DNA of 63,563 nt, counting the filler, from Folioceros fuciformis (taxonomy: Eukaryota), in the NCBI GenBank assembly GCA_049999805.1. It is 31 parts of 31 records of this genome, joined end to end, with 100 filler letters (N's around TTAATTAATTAA, not from the genome) between each part and the next. Parts side by side here need not be neighbours in the genome. Positions count along the whole stretch, not along the records: positions 62,132 to 63,563 come from JBNGIO010000400.1; 30 more parts are not named here. One strand, written 5' to 3'. Shown here piece by piece: positions 62,132-63,563 of the stretch. The notes under the pieces are model-generated. The model was not told where the DNA came from. It saw nothing but the letters and a program-made list of their open reading frames with translations, and did not search any database. Both the position numbers and the translations under genes were made by a program. How positions within the stretch are numbered: the stretch's first letter is position 1; every line of letters starts with the position of its first letter.

Positions 62132-62498
62132 CAAAAAGTACCCACAGAAAGTTTGTAGGCTACTTAAAACGATTTATGGCTTAAAACAGTCTCCTAGGGC
62201 TTGGTATAAGCGAATTATGAAGTACCTTAAATAGCTTGGCTTTCTTCAATCTCCTGCTGATAGCAATGTGTTCTTCCTTCCCGCTGGTGCTCAATTTGTC
62301 ATCCTTGCCTTGTATGTGCATGACTGTGTGCTGTTGAGCACCAACCTTGAGCAGCTTGCCACAGTAAAAGAGATGTTGCGCCGGGAATTCGAGATGACAG
62401 GTCAAGGAGATCTTCAATTCTGTCTGAGCATTCAGATGTTGAGAAATAGGTCAGCTAGCATAATCACTATGCATCAGACTAAGTATTTGAAAGAAATC
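62132..62498 (+). mobile_element. Copia RT fragment
   Basis: YGLKQSPRAWY, ALYVHD. Confidence 0.88.
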
Positions 62499-63563
62499 TG
62501 TGGAGTCCACATGATGAGTAGATCCCCTAGGAAATGACAGAGTTTGTTTTTTTTGGTTGGTTTTCTGATTGAAATTCGTGGAGGAGTGGTTAGAAGACTA
62601 GGTTAGATTAATGGTGAGTCGATAGGGGTTTGGTGGGATGTGTGGTAGGTAGGCCACAGGTCTAGGTCCCCTTGGCGAGGGTGTTCAGATGTGAGCCCTA
62701 GATTTGTGGGTAGGAGGCGAGTGGGGTTCCATGGAGCGGGCAGGCAGTACACAAGGATGGCTAGCCGGAACGCGGTGGACTAAGGATTGAGGAGCAGCAG
62801 GTAGGTTCGGGCGCTTCGAGTTGACTCAGGCATGGTGGTTGGCCAGATCGTGGCTAGCAGGAGGGCACCTAGGCCCCTAGCAAGCGTTAGTTAGGACGGG
62901 AGGCCGCCTGGTCGGCAGGCTCTAGGAGGCCTGGTAGGTGGCTGGGCTAGGCAGTTGGCAGCGGCTACTGAGGGGCAGGTCGCCCGGCAGGCGACCCAAC
63001 AGGTGATCTTGTCGGGTCTGGTCGGAACGCCAGACAGCTCAGCCCAACCCGGCCAGTAGCAGGAGCAAGGTGGCCGGGTAGTGACTGGCTACTGGTAGCC
63101 GGGACTGGATTCGGGGGGTACCAGGCGGGCTGGCTGCAGCAGCATACCAGCCAGGTGCAGGCTGGCAGCCGCTGCAAGCGGCAGCCCCGACCAGCGGTTG
63201 AATCCAGCGGGCAGCCAGGCCGAGCAGATTGGCTGCCTGGTTGGATTTGGAGGCTAAAGGTCGGCTAGCGGCCTCTGGCCAGTCGGCCAAGCTGTAGGCG
63301 AGGAAAGCGGACTGCATCGCGGTCAGGGTCAGGGCGCTCCGGCGAGCTGTGGTAGTGCCAGGGCCATGCAGCCAAGTGGCTGGCGAGTTGGCTTCAAGGC
63401 GGGAGGGTGCTGGACCAAATTGGTAGCGGCAGCCGGATTCGGGACGTGGTCAGCCTTGGCATGCGGGAGGCCGGGGTGGATCTGTGCCAGGCCGGGGCCT
63501 AGAGGAGGGCCGGGCTAGCAGCGGCCCGGCTACGGAGAGGAGGGGTTGCAGAGGAGCGCTTGC
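62499..63563. mobile_element. LTR-like GC-rich insertion (H-type terminus)
   Basis: TGTGGAGTCCA interrupts the RT frame; same start as 31763. Confidence 0.55.

Overview
This window is not contiguous genome. It is 31 short contigs (about 1.0-4.1 kb) joined by 30 artificial 100-nt spacers (N44-TTAATTAATTAA-N44, stops in all six frames). The content looks like nuclear DNA of a large, repeat-rich, seed-free land plant genome, most likely a fern (inferred from a GRP-ending DYW:KP editing domain). Most of it is nested, decayed Ty1/copia pol fragments and LTR ends, plus Ty3/gypsy pieces, two probable LINE 3' ends and a CCT5 retrocopy. Highlights: (1) an intronless, frameshifted DNMT3-like C5-cytosine methyltransferase (26476-27675, -) that looks retrotransposon-borne. 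Other contigs carry a gypsy integrase fused to a PHD finger and an antisense accessory ORF, suggesting a gypsy lineage with its own chromatin writer and reader; the linkage is not shown here. (2) A U-to-C-type DYW:KP (GRP) PPR gene followed, through an exact 47-nt contig overlap, by a probable PPR gene with an OSB-type PDF ssDNA-binding motif at its N-terminus. (3) A PLS-PPR made of near-identical 306-bp triplets. (4) A ~62-nt covarying structured motif shared by two otherwise dissimilar LTR families. LTR family letters (A, A2, B-I) are my own labels.
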